Source: a bacterium (GTDB lineage: Bacteria > JAMCPX01). From it: DNA of 44,856 bases. Of this stretch, positions 1 to 9,932 are shown piece by piece (position 1 is the stretch's first letter; each line of letters begins with the position of its first letter). The position numbers and the translations under genes are program-made. The stretch covers positions 5,460-50,315 of the forward strand of contig JBBIVV010000015.1 in the NCBI GenBank assembly GCA_037439545.1. The letters run 5' to 3'. Below the pieces are notes generated by a model, which worked only from the letters and a program-made list of their open reading frames with translations, had not been told where the DNA came from and did not search any database.

Positions 1-128
1 TGTAAAAGAACAGTATCCGGACAAAGTAGTTCCCGTCAGAGAATGAAGTTGTCCAGCGGTAAAACTATCTTTCAAAAATTCGGTGATTTGTGATAATAGG
101 GATAAAACTCAATATAGGGATAGAATAA

Positions 129-2597
129 ATGGAAGAAAAATATAGTCCGGAACAGATAGAGCCTGAATGGCAGAAGATATGGGAAGAGAATAAGACCTTT
201 TCTGTAAAAGAAGATAAATCAAAAGATAAATATTATCTGCTCGAGATGTTCCCGTATCCGTCGGGCAGGATACACATGGGCCATGTAAGAAACTACACCA
301 TAGGGGATGTTGCCGCGCGCTTTCTAAGAATGAACGGGAAAAATGTACTTCATCCGATGGGATGGGATGCATTCGGTATGCCCGCCGAGAATGCCGCTCT
401 ATCGCACAAAACACATCCGAAAGACTGGGTAGACAGCAACATAACACACATGAAATCTCAGCTTAAAAGGCTCGGGTTGTCCTACGACTGGGACAGAGAA
501 GTCAACACTTCGGTGCCGGAATATTACCGGTGGGAACAGAAATTCTTTATCGAGATGTTTAAAATGGGTATTGCATACAGGACAAAGTCGCCTGTCAACT
601 GGTGCCCGCACTGCACGACAGTGCTTGCGAATGAGCAGGTCATAGACGGCAAATGCTGGCGGTGTTCAACGGATGTCATTATCCAGGAAAAAGAACAATG
701 GTTTTTGAAGATCACGGCGTACGCCGAAGAGCTCCTGAAGGATTGTGACACACTGAAAGGCTGGCCTGAACGGGTCCTGACCATGCAGAAAAACTGGATC
801 GGGAAGAGCGAGGGATGTGAGATTACATTCAGGATCGACGGTATCGATGAACGTATCACGATATACACTACCAGGCCTGATACTGTGTACGGCATCACAT
901 TCATGAGTATCGCACCCGAACATCCTCTTGCCGGAAAAGTCGTCACAGAACGACAAAAGGCCGCAGTAAAAGCGTTTGCCGATAAAATAAAGAAGGGCGG
1001 TACAAAGGCAAGGGAGACAGAGATTGGAGAAAAAGAGGGTGTTTTCACCGGAAGGTATGCAATAAGCCCGTTTACCGGGGAAACGATACCCATATACATC
1101 GCCAATTTTGTTTTAATGGAATACGGAACAGGGGCAATTATGGCTGTACCGGGGCATGATCAGCGTGATTTTGAGTTTGCAAAAAAGTATGGACTCGGCA
1201 TCAAAGTCGTTATCCAACCCGAGGGCGAATTACTTGATCCCGAAACAATGAAGCAGGCACACGAAGGCAGCGGCACCATGGTAAACTCGGCAGAGTTCAC
1301 GGATGTTGATAATGAACAGGGCAAAAAACTGGTGATTGCAAAAGTGGTTAAAGACGGCATCGGTACTGTAAAGGTAAACTATAAACTCAGGGATTGGGGC
1401 ATATCGAGACAGAGATATTGGGGAGCTCCCATACCTATGGTCTACTGCAAAAATTGCGGTGTTCAGCCGGTGCCCTACGACCGGCTCCCGGTGGAGCTGC
1501 CCATGAACGTCGATATAACCGGAGAGGGTGAATCGCCTCTTGCAAGACATGAGAAATTTCTGAAGACAACATGCCCCGTGTGTCATGGACCGGCAAAAAG
1601 GGAAACGGACACCATGGACACGTTTATGGAATCCTCGTGGTACTTCGAGAAATACACCTCTCCAACCGCCACAGACGGGCCATTTGATAAGGATGCCCTC
1701 GCCTACTGGATGCCGGTTGATCAATACATCGGCGGTATCGAACATGCGATCCTTCATCTCCTGTATGCGAGGTTCATGACCAAGGTATTGAGGGACCTTG
1801 GATACGTGAAGTACGGCGAGCCATTCACCAATCTCCTCACACAAGGCATGGTCATAAAGGATGGGGCAAAGATGAGCAAGTCGCTCGGCAACATCGTCGA
1901 CCCTGAACATATTATACATAAATACGGTGCCGATACAGCACGACTATTCATTCTGTTTGCATCACCGCCTGAAAAGGACCTCGAATGGTCGGACAAGGGT
2001 GTTGAGGGGACAAGACGTTTCCTCGACAGACTGTGGAGGCTTGCTTACAAGTATATCCATAAGATGAATACAGTTACGGCTGCCGGCATGAGAAATGATG
2101 AAAAATCACTGCGTATCAGGAAGCTGACACACAAAACCCTCAAGCGCGTAACTGATGATATAAAAGACAGGTTCCATTTCAACACCTGTGTAAGCGCCTT
2201 GATGGAGATGTTGAACACCCTTTATGAGCTGGATGAAAAAGGCATTGAAGACGAACAGATGCCTGCTTTCAGGGAGGCTGTGGAAACATTATTAATACTT
2301 CTTCATCCATTTGCACCGCACATCACGGAACAGATCAACAAAGAACTTAAAAATAAACCCATTGCAGATCAGAAATGGCCTGTCTATAATGCAGAGCTTG
2401 CCCATGAACAAACAGTCATTGTCGTAATCCAGGTAAATGGCAAGCTCAGAGGTCAGGTGCAGGTAACTGAAAACAGCGACGAACACGCAATTTTTGACAT
2501 TGCATCGAAGGATGAGAAAGTAAATTCATATATAAACGGCAAACAGATAAGAAAATTGATCCTTGTAAAGAATAGATTATTGAACATAGTCGTCTGA
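129..2597 (+). CDS. leuS: Leucyl-tRNA synthetase
   Basis: 822 aa; [13 protein letters not shown] (HIGH-like), KMSKS, editing-domain TTRPDT and [16 protein letters not shown]-terminal VIQVNGKLR. Confidence 0.99.
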   Translation: MEEKYSPEQIEPEWQKIWEENKTFSVKEDKSKDKYYLLEMFPYPSGRIHMGHVRNYTIGDVAARFLRMNGKNVLHPMGWDAFGMPAENAALSHKTHPKDWVDSNITHMKSQLKRLGLSYDWDREVNTSVPEYYRWEQKFFIEMFKMGIAYRTKSPVNWCPHCTTVLANEQVIDGKCWRCSTDVIIQEKEQWFLKITAYAEELLKDCDTLKGWPERVLTMQKNWIGKSEGCEITFRIDGIDERITIYTTRPDTVYGITFMSIAPEHPLAGKVVTERQKAAVKAFADKIKKGGTKARETEIGEKEGVFTGRYAISPFTGETIPIYIANFVLMEYGTGAIMAVPGHDQRDFEFAKKYGLGIKVVIQPEGELLDPETMKQAHEGSGTMVNSAEFTDVDNEQGKKLVIAKVVKDGIGTVKVNYKLRDWGISRQRYWGAPIPMVYCKNCGVQPVPYDRLPVELPMNVDITGEGESPLARHEKFLKTTCPVCHGPAKRETDTMDTFMESSWYFEKYTSPTATDGPFDKDALAYWMPVDQYIGGIEHAILHLLYARFMTKVLRDLGYVKYGEPFTNLLTQGMVIKDGAKMSKSLGNIVDPEHIIHKYGADTARLFILFASPPEKDLEWSDKGVEGTRRFLDRLWRLAYKYIHKMNTVTAAGMRNDEKSLRIRKLTHKTLKRVTDDIKDRFHFNTCVSALMEMLNTLYELDEKGIEDEQMPAFREAVETLLILLHPFAPHITEQINKELKNKPIADQKWPVYNAELAHEQTVIVVIQVNGKLRGQVQVTENSDEHAIFDIASKDEKVNSYINGKQIRKLILVKNRLLNIVV

Positions 2598-2739
2598 TAC
2601 TACATACCCTCACTATAACAGCCCAGTAAACCCCGTGAGAAAGTTAGTACATTTTTCCAGAGAAGTCCTTCTTCTCATAGTTGACAAAATGTAAAAGTTA
2701 GTATTGTCTAATGTATAAAATCCAATCGAGGGAATATAT

Positions 2740-5175
2740 ATGAAAAAATATTTGTCATTTGTTGCGGTTTTTGCATTATTGGCAGGCGGTTCGATCATCG
2801 CAGGCTGTGAAAAGGGCGATCAGGGAGCATCATCCGCAGCGGTCGCAGGTTATGTCCTTGAACTTGGGACAAACTTACCCATAGCTTCTTCACTTGTAAC
2901 GACATCACCTCTCGGTATTACGGCAACCTCGGATTCTCATGGATATTTTGTCGTGCCGGCACTGCCGTTCGGTAATTACAAATTCACCGTGCAGGCAAAC
3001 GGGTATATTTCACAGACAACGGATTTTATTTTAGTCACCTCTTCAGGCATTAGCAATTTGGATCTTTACGCAAGCAAATTCCCTGCAACATCGATGGTCA
3101 TAGCCAATGCCGGAAGTGATCAGTATAGCGCCGGATATGGTTCTTCGGTTGCTCTGTCCGGTCAGGCGAGCTCTTCTTACAATAACGCGTCCATAACCTA
3201 TCAATGGATACAAACCGCAGGACCTGCAGTCAGCCTGTTATCACCTGCAACATCGACTCCTACCTTCATGAGCTTACCAATCAACCAGATCGTAAATATA
3301 CCGGATAATTTCGGACTGCTCGGCATAACGCCTTCAGAGACAGGTTCATATACCTTCATCCTCTATGCAACGGCAAACGGCTTTTCGGATTCTGCTACTG
3401 TTACGGTATCATCTTCACAGCCAAAACCCGTCATAACAAATGAAGCGGGTTATTTGTTCTCAAATGAAACTATAGAAAGGGCAAACGCACCTCTCGGCTC
3501 TGTCGTCTACCTGAACGGTGGAAATCATGCACCTGTTGGAAGCACTAATACCATTACCTCATATCTGTGGTCTTTCTCATCGACACCGCCGAGTTCTGCC
3601 GCAGCATTTGATGATCCTTCGTCGCAATCGCCTTCATTTATACCCGACATGAACGGGGATTATGTCATTAACCTTGCAGCAGGTACGGCAGGCGGGACGA
3701 TCAACGAAACGTTTACCGTTACGGCAAACAGCTATGTAGGGACAAAGGACTGTGAATTCTGCCATAATGGCAGTTTAATGACTGATGTTACGACAGGATA
3801 TATTGCGACCGCTCATGCAAATGCATTCAATGCATTAAACGGCAATAGCAACATCGATGAAAGCTGTGTGCAGTGTCATACGACAGGCTTTGATAAGACG
3901 CTTACCGCTGCAAACGGCGGGTTCGATGACATAGCCCATTCGCTCGGTTGGGTGATTTCGCTGCCCTTGTCTTATCAATCATTACCATCAACTTTACAGC
4001 CCGTGGCGAATGTTGGCTGTGAGAGCTGTCACGGACCCGGCGGAACCCATACGGGCTCATATTCATTCGATACGACTGTATGTGCTCAGTGTCACGATAA
4101 TGCACCGTTCAATCCTGAATATACACAGTGGCTCAATTCACCGCATGTGAATTCAGTATCACCTGCAGGACTTGACCTTTCACAACCGTTCTTTGCATCA
4201 TGCAGGGAGTGCCACTGGTCGCTTGATATTGTTTATACAAATATGGAAGGCAAGGGACAGGTACCGTTCGTCACACCGAATGAGCAGCCGGTGAACTGCA
4301 TTGCATGTCATGACCCGCACAATGGAGCAAATCCCTACTCATTAAGAGTGTATACTACTGTTGCTGTTGCAGGGGGATCGTTTACCATGACAAATGTAGG
4401 GTTGGGAGCCATCTGTATGAAATGCCATACGGATCAAACACCCAATGCCGATATTGCTGCGAACAGCGGCAGCGAGCTGTTCGAGACCACGGCAGAGGTT
4501 TTTGCACAGGGACAGGGTTTCACCGGTGCAGGTGCAGGCGCGTATGCAGCTTCGATAACAGAAAGTTCCTATCACGCGGGAGCCGGGGATTTCCCGGACC
4601 TCTGCGTAACTTGTCACATGGCACAAACACCGGCGCCGGGACAGCCGGGATATAACACAACCGGCGAACATTCATTTATGATGACAGACATAGCTGGTAA
4701 CGACCATGTGGCAGTATGCAACACTTGTCATACGGGATCAATTGCTGTTACCGGCTTTGATACGATCGATCCGTTATATCCAACGACAAACTGGGACGGA
4801 CATACTTCGGGTGTCACCGAGGGCGTGCAGGATCAGGTACATGGTCTGCTGAGCGTACTTGCCTGTGCCATAACGACAAGTGCAACCCGGTACTGTACGG
4901 TAAACACAGCAGACGTAAACGGCAATACGGTATCATGGACAATCACCATACCGGCAACACGAAACGCAGCTATTTCCGCTGTTTCATTGACCGGAACAAC
5001 ATTCGCAGTCTGGCCTACGGCAACGACTTCGGAGAAGGATGCTGTTTATAACTGGTATCTTGTCAGCGGCGAAGGCAGCTATGGCATCCATAATACTGCA
5101 TTCGATGTGATGCTGCTGCAAAAGGCATTTAAAGACCTGACGGGCGCAGACATATCAGGTGCAACGATAAGGTAG
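2740..5175 (+). CDS. Multiheme (9 CxxCH) cytochrome c lipoprotein with N-terminal Ig/carboxypeptidase-regulatory-like and PKD-like domains
   Basis: Lipobox IIAG-C23. Beta-rich N-terminal half (ANAGSDQ, TYQWIQTAGP, SYLWSF...PSFIPD). Heme motifs CEFCH, CVQCH, CESCH, CAQCH, CRECH, CIACH, CMKCH, CVTCH, CNTCH. SD GAGGGA upstream. Confidence 0.92.
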   Translation: MKKYLSFVAVFALLAGGSIIAGCEKGDQGASSAAVAGYVLELGTNLPIASSLVTTSPLGITATSDSHGYFVVPALPFGNYKFTVQANGYISQTTDFILVTSSGISNLDLYASKFPATSMVIANAGSDQYSAGYGSSVALSGQASSSYNNASITYQWIQTAGPAVSLLSPATSTPTFMSLPINQIVNIPDNFGLLGITPSETGSYTFILYATANGFSDSATVTVSSSQPKPVITNEAGYLFSNETIERANAPLGSVVYLNGGNHAPVGSTNTITSYLWSFSSTPPSSAAAFDDPSSQSPSFIPDMNGDYVINLAAGTAGGTINETFTVTANSYVGTKDCEFCHNGSLMTDVTTGYIATAHANAFNALNGNSNIDESCVQCHTTGFDKTLTAANGGFDDIAHSLGWVISLPLSYQSLPSTLQPVANVGCESCHGPGGTHTGSYSFDTTVCAQCHDNAPFNPEYTQWLNSPHVNSVSPAGLDLSQPFFASCRECHWSLDIVYTNMEGKGQVPFVTPNEQPVNCIACHDPHNGANPYSLRVYTTVAVAGGSFTMTNVGLGAICMKCHTDQTPNADIAANSGSELFETTAEVFAQGQGFTGAGAGAYAASITESSYHAGAGDFPDLCVTCHMAQTPAPGQPGYNTTGEHSFMMTDIAGNDHVAVCNTCHTGSIAVTGFDTIDPLYPTTNWDGHTSGVTEGVQDQVHGLLSVLACAITTSATRYCTVNTADVNGNTVSWTITIPATRNAAISAVSLTGTTFAVWPTATTSEKDAVYNWYLVSGEGSYGIHNTAFDVMLLQKAFKDLTGADISGATIR

Positions 5176-5190
5176 AATAAGAAAAGACTT

Positions 5191-5225
5191 GCAGGGGCGT
5201 TTCGCGTCTTGCGGAACGCCTTTAT
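5191..5225. terminator. GC-rich hairpin between convergent genes (bidirectional terminator; resembles a degenerate GTAG-type REP)
   Basis: GGCGTTTCGC-GTCTT-GCGGAACGCC followed by TTTATT. Confidence 0.65.
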
Positions 5226-5515
5226 TATCGATTGACGGCATTCTTCAGCAAAGCAATAATCTCTTTATTATCGCTTTCTAATGCGTACATGAGCGCGGTC
5301 TTCTTGTTGTTGTCTACTGCTTCAGGATCAGCGCCTTTTAAAAGCAGTGCCTTAACAGCGTTTACATCATTTCGCATCACGGCCCTTGTCAGTACTGTCC
5401 TGCCGTTACTGCCTTTTGCATTTAAACCCGTATGCTTTTTTGCGACAGCTTCCAACCAGTCCATGCTGTCTTCATCGGATATATCGTTATCATCGCTATG
5501 AACGTCTTCGTTCAT
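5225..5515 (-). CDS. Small ankyrin-repeat protein (about 2 repeats, acidic N-terminus)
   Basis: NGRTVLTRAV...VKALLLKGAD and KKTALMYA...IIALL match the ankyrin consensus; ATGA overlap with the hemerythrin stop codon. Confidence 0.85.
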   Translation of the reverse strand: MNEDVHSDDNDISDEDSMDWLEAVAKKHTGLNAKGSNGRTVLTRAVMRNDVNAVKALLLKGADPEAVDNNKKTALMYALESDNKEIIALLKNAVNR

Positions 5516-6060
5516 GAATTACTGTCCTTTTCAAGCTGGTCGACGATATTCTCGTATTTCTCGTGCACGCCTTCTCCGAGCTTCTTCTCTACTTCCTCGA
5601 ACTTCTCGACAAGCTCGCCGTCAATGTCTCCTAATATTTGCTCAGCCATCGGATACAGTATATTGTCTTCTTTGTTTATGTGCTGGCTCAAAAGGCCTAC
5701 ATAATTCCTTGCGTTATTCACAAATTCCCTGTCAGCACCTGCTGTTCCTTTTTCATAACCATCTATTGCCTGGGCCATACCCTTAACATAGTTCCTTCCT
5801 ATTTCATGTTCCGAAAGCATGACGCCGACAGGCCCGCCATTACTCGGCATACCATGTACCTCCATTTCTGCGAACAGCACGCCTTCTTCTTTATGATGAT
5901 GGCATGTGTCTGCAAATGTCCTGATAAAATCCACGCAAGCCTTCAATTTTTCCGGTTGCACCTTTTTGCCTTGTTCAAGCTTTATGCTGTAGTTTGACAG
6001 CACGTTTAACATCTTTTCTATAATCCTGTGTTCATGCATAAGCATGTCCGTTGATTTCAT
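5512..6060 (-). CDS. Hemerythrin/HHE cation-binding domain protein
   Basis: EH...HHHKEE..LF...EH...HINKEDNILYP di-iron ligand pattern. Start moved from 6363 to 6060 because GGAGG SD precedes this ATG. Confidence 0.9.
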   Translation of the reverse strand: MKSTDMLMHEHRIIEKMLNVLSNYSIKLEQGKKVQPEKLKACVDFIRTFADTCHHHKEEGVLFAEMEVHGMPSNGGPVGVMLSEHEIGRNYVKGMAQAIDGYEKGTAGADREFVNNARNYVGLLSQHINKEDNILYPMAEQILGDIDGELVEKFEEVEKKLGEGVHEKYENIVDQLEKDSNS

Positions 6061-6108
6061 AGTAACCTCCGTTTTTGACGACACTACATCCATCCATAAA
6101 CGAGGTGT

Positions 6109-6122
6109 ATGATATATATCAT
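6109..6122 (-). promoter_or_regulatory. FNR/CRP-family-like operator of the hemerythrin promoter
   Basis: Perfect palindrome ATGAT-ATAT-ATCAT (FNR consensus TTGAT-N4-ATCAA). It is centred at -41.5 if TAGTGT (6086-6081) is the -10 box. Confidence 0.6.
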
Positions 6123-6229
6123 GTTTGCCCAACATGCGTCTCCCGGGCTTTGCACCTGTGTGACAGGTGAAATCATCTTGTGAACGGTATTTTTTGCAAT
6201 TTACATGCAGGTACGATACGTTACAATGT

Positions 6230-6940
6230 ATGAATATCAAGATTGGAAAACGTGTATTCGGATCACGGCCGGCTATAGCAGCAGCATTGTCGGACCGGGA
6301 TCTGCGTCTGCTTAAACCGGACGATTTAAAAATTATAGATCTGATAGAATTGCGCGTGGACATGTTTAAAACATTGTCCGTGGATTATGTGAAAAGCGTC
6401 TTTCAGCAGACAAAAAATAGATTTTCAAAGCCCGTGCTGTGCACGATACGCCTTTCATCGGAGGGCGGCAGGCAGCACATAGACGAACGCAGGCGCCGTG
6501 TATTGTTTGAAGCTGTTGTGCCTTTTGCCGACATGCTCGACATAGAAATCAATTCTGGATTGTTCCCGGACATCATCCGGCTGGCGCACAGATTTCATAA
6601 ACCTGTCATTGCGTCATACCATAATCTGGGAAAAACACCCTCAGATGGCGTTATTCGCGCCATGCTCAACAAAGCCCGCAGGGAATCCGCAGACATAACA
6701 AAGTTCGCGGTCAAGGCCGCCACCCTGCACGATGTTGCACGGCTGCTGCGCTTTACCATGGACCACACGAAGAGCAATCTGATAACGATATCGCTGGGCG
6801 ATCCCGGAAGGATATCGAGAGTCGTGAATCCATTGTTCGGGTCGCTTATCACCTACGGTTACATCGGCAAACCAAAGGCGGACGGACAGATGCATATAAA
6901 ACAGCTTGCAGAACAGCTGCGGGCGTACGGCTCATGGTAA
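6230..6940 (+). CDS. aroD: Type I 3-dehydroquinate dehydratase
   Basis: IELRVD, TIR...EGG, DIE, IASYH, ADITKFAV, ISLG..GRISR, ADGQ motifs. Start placed at ATG 6230 behind TTGCAA-17-TACGTT. Confidence 0.92.
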   Translation: MNIKIGKRVFGSRPAIAAALSDRDLRLLKPDDLKIIDLIELRVDMFKTLSVDYVKSVFQQTKNRFSKPVLCTIRLSSEGGRQHIDERRRRVLFEAVVPFADMLDIEINSGLFPDIIRLAHRFHKPVIASYHNLGKTPSDGVIRAMLNKARRESADITKFAVKAATLHDVARLLRFTMDHTKSNLITISLGDPGRISRVVNPLFGSLITYGYIGKPKADGQMHIKQLAEQLRAYGSW

Positions 6941-6992
6941 ATATAAAAACCTTCTTCTTTAACCCCAAACGATGCATTTGAAAACAGGGATT

Positions 6993-7883
6993 TTATTTCT
7001 CAGAGATTCCCTTTGGCGTTATGCCGAGTTCTTCAAACAGGTATGATTCGGTACACGTATTCCCGTGGACCAGCATCTTTACCTGTTCAGCAGTAACCGG
7101 AAAAGATTCCATGTTTTTAAAGATTGCAGCGACTAATCTTATGAGCAGGGCCGGGATATGCAGCTTCATTTTCTTTTCCATCTTATACTGTGCCGTAATA
7201 ATATCTATTATTTCATTATAGGTAACGCTTCTTGATCCGCATAAACTGTATGTTCTGTTAAAGGTAGAAGGTTTATCCAGGATCATGGACAGCGCTGTCG
7301 CAAGATCATTTATATGTACAGGCTGGAGTTTGTATTTACCATTTCCAATGACAGGTACAATCAAGGGGAATTGCGTGAGTATGTCTTTTATTGTTGTAAT
7401 AAAATTCGTTATATCGCCTGTCTCGTTACCGAACACGATGGATGGCCTGAGTATGGTACAGTGAATGTTCTGCGCTTTTATGAACTCTTCCGCACGGTAT
7501 TTTGTCCTTATGTATCCATCAGGCGTATCAGGCTTTACGCCGTTCGCACTTATATGGATCCATCTTTTTACACCGGCACGCATTGCCCGCTCGTATATGT
7601 TCCTTACCCCGCCGACATGTGCGAGCTCAAAGGTGATACCATTCGATGGCAATTCTCTTATAAGACCTATGATATAAACGACCGCCTCACAGTTATCCAG
7701 TGTACCATGAAGGGATGCCGGATCAGAGATATCGCCGTTGATGATATCAATGTTTTTACCGGTACCAAGCTTTACTTCAGAGCCTTTTCTGACAAGCGCC
7801 CTTACCTTATGTCCGTCTTTTATAAGGCGCTCTATGACATTCCTGCCTATGTATCCTGTCCCGCCTGCTACGAATACCTTCAT
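6993..7883 (-). CDS. Atypical SDR NAD(P)-binding protein, NDUFA9-like
   Basis: VFVAGGTGYIG Rossmann motif; HISANG; YIRTKYRAE; LRPSIVFG; QPVHINDLA. Confidence 0.85.
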   Translation of the reverse strand: MKVFVAGGTGYIGRNVIERLIKDGHKVRALVRKGSEVKLGTGKNIDIINGDISDPASLHGTLDNCEAVVYIIGLIRELPSNGITFELAHVGGVRNIYERAMRAGVKRWIHISANGVKPDTPDGYIRTKYRAEEFIKAQNIHCTILRPSIVFGNETGDITNFITTIKDILTQFPLIVPVIGNGKYKLQPVHINDLATALSMILDKPSTFNRTYSLCGSRSVTYNEIIDIITAQYKMEKKMKLHIPALLIRLVAAIFKNMESFPVTAEQVKMLVHGNTCTESYLFEELGITPKGISEK

Positions 7884-8464
7884 AACGAGAGATTTTTGGT
7901 TCTCTGATCAATGATTGAGCAGATGATATGTCCTATGGTTATATGCGCTTCCTGGATACGCGGTGTGTCCGGGTGATCGATTATAACGGCAAGATCGACC
8001 ATTGCGCGCGCCCTGCCTCCGTCCTTGCCGAGCAGACCGATTGTAAAAAGCCCCCTGTCCCTTGCAGCCTGAAACGCATTGAGTACATTGGGTGAATTGC
8101 CCGATGTAGTAATCCCCAGAGCTACATCCCCCATTCTACCAAGGCCTGTTATCTGTTTCGAAAATATATCATCAAACGAATAATCATTGCCGATACTGGT
8201 AATGACAGAGGTGTCCGTTGAAAGTGCAATTGCGGGAAGGGGCTGTCTTTCAATTTTAAACCTGTTCATGAATTCCGCCGCAATATGCTGGGCATCGGCA
8301 GCAGACCCTCCATTGCCGAAGAGAAACAGCACGGAGCCCTTTGTAATGGCATTGTATATAATATCCGCTGCCTTTTGAATGACAGCAGCGTGCGTATCTA
8401 TAAGCTTAAGCTTTAATTCAGCACTTGATTTTAATTCCGATTTTACAATCTCTATTTCATCCAT
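7880..8464 (-). CDS. gmhA: D-sedoheptulose 7-phosphate isomerase
   Basis: GNGGSAADAQHIAAE, NDY.FD.IFSKQ, ITTSGNSPN, RIQEAH. Confidence 0.97.
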   Translation of the reverse strand: MDEIEIVKSELKSSAELKLKLIDTHAAVIQKAADIIYNAITKGSVLFLFGNGGSAADAQHIAAEFMNRFKIERQPLPAIALSTDTSVITSIGNDYSFDDIFSKQITGLGRMGDVALGITTSGNSPNVLNAFQAARDRGLFTIGLLGKDGGRARAMVDLAVIIDHPDTPRIQEAHITIGHIICSIIDQRTKNLSL

Positions 8465-9932
8465 GATTACCACACTTATAACCTTGCCCTCTATATACCG
8501 TAAATACCTGCCTTGGCAAATCAGTCCTTTTATCCACTATAGAAAATACGTCCAATCTTTGAAGGCTCGTAAACCGAGCCCGCGTAACGACGTTAATGTC
8601 TCCGTTTCCTCTGTCTACCACGATGATACCCTTGCCGCATAATGTGTTCCTGTTCTGGAAAAACCAGTATGCATTTTTTGATCGTGCATCAGTCGGCAGG
8701 TAATACACCTCCGGCTGCCCCTTACTATAGAAAGCAAGCTCTGCAGTGACCCCATAGTCCGTTGCACCTACGATCTCCCCGGGTTTTAAATATTTCTCAA
8801 CCTGATCCGCAAGCTGATCCCAGCCTATCAGCCTGTTGGTAAACTCCCTTCTTGGCGGCAGATCGAGTCTGCCGAATATCCATTCCGGATAGTGTTCAAA
8901 ATATACGACTGGCAGACTTGTTATAAGCATGAGTACGAAAGCAGAAATAACAAATTTTTTGTAACCTCTTTTATAGCTCTCTTCAAGAAGAGATACCCCG
9001 CCGATAAACGGAGCAATAAAGCCTGCTGACGGCCAGTTGACCTCTGCCCTGCCTTTGAATGCAAGGAAACTTATAAAGACAAACGTGGGCAGAGATGTTG
9101 CCAATATTACCGTGAACCTTTCATCATGCTGGAATAATCCCCTCTTTATTGAATAAAGCATTGTGTACAGCAGAAGTATAAAGACAAACGGTGTAACGAA
9201 TCCCATGTCTCCGAAAAAGAAGTTAGAAAATACAAACCATGGATTATAGTGTTCGGGCATCAGCATCAATGCACGCTTGAACATACCGAGCCCGTGCTTC
9301 ATGTTCCATACGAACACGGGACTTGCAGTCATAATCGTGATGATTGCTCCGATATACGGTTCTTTTTCGAACAGCCAGTGTCTGTTCTTGTTTGATAGAA
9401 GGACAAATAACACGACCTCAAGGCAGAACAGGAAAAACATGTGATGGCTTAATATACCGAGTCCGAGAACAAGCCCTATAAGGTACCACAACCACGATTT
9501 TTGGGTCTGGTTAAGCTCAAACAGAAGAAAAAGTAAGATTGTCATGAACAATATCTGCGGCACATAGTATGTTTCGACAAAGGCACCCGATGAAACAAGA
9601 GGATTAAGGACATAAATGACCGTGGCAAACAATGCTGTCGTTGAAGAAAAGAACCGGTCGGCGGTTTCGAAGAAGATGAGAGCGGTTATGGCAGAGAGTA
9701 TATCTGCACCCATTCTCAAGGCAAAAGCCGTGGACCCGAACAGCTTTATCATGAGCATGTTGAGCCATGCAATCATAGGCCCCATGTCCAGGTAGCTTAA
9801 CGAGGGATGTCTCGCCCAATCCCAGTAGTAAGCTTCGTCAGGGGACAGGAGAAGGTGCGTTGTTTTTATATAATAGGTATTAAAGAGAAAGGCCAATAGT
9901 ATAAGTGCATATGCAATAATTCGTTTTTTCAT
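8457..9932 (-). CDS. ArnT/PMT-like GT-C membrane glycosyltransferase, copy 1
   Basis: Multi-TM protein with an N-terminal loop LSPDEAYYWDW...MGPMIAW. Start 9932 (MKKRII) is coupled by ATGA to the upstream gene. Confidence 0.85.
   Translation of the reverse strand: MKKRIIAYALILLAFLFNTYYIKTTHLLLSPDEAYYWDWARHPSLSYLDMGPMIAWLNMLMIKLFGSTAFALRMGADILSAITALIFFETADRFFSSTTALFATVIYVLNPLVSSGAFVETYYVPQILFMTILLFLLFELNQTQKSWLWYLIGLVLGLGILSHHMFFLFCLEVVLFVLLSNKNRHWLFEKEPYIGAIITIMTASPVFVWNMKHGLGMFKRALMLMPEHYNPWFVFSNFFFGDMGFVTPFVFILLLYTMLYSIKRGLFQHDERFTVILATSLPTFVFISFLAFKGRAEVNWPSAGFIAPFIGGVSLLEESYKRGYKKFVISAFVLMLITSLPVVYFEHYPEWIFGRLDLPPRREFTNRLIGWDQLADQVEKYLKPGEIVGATDYGVTAELAFYSKGQPEVYYLPTDARSKNAYWFFQNRNTLCGKGIIVVDRGNGDINVVTRARFTSLQRLDVFSIVDKRTDLPRQVFTVYRGQGYKCGNHG

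Noticed and set aside
2..46. Possible 3' end of an upstream gene (VKEQYPDKVVPVRE*)
   Set aside because: Only 14 codons; too short to assign.
6153..6169. Hairpin CACCTGT-GTG-ACAGGTG between divergent promoters
   Set aside because: The inverted repeat is real, but I cannot assign a family or function.
6061..6363. N-terminal extension of the 283-aa hemerythrin ORF
   Set aside because: It overlaps aroD and both promoters; the SD supports a start at 6060.
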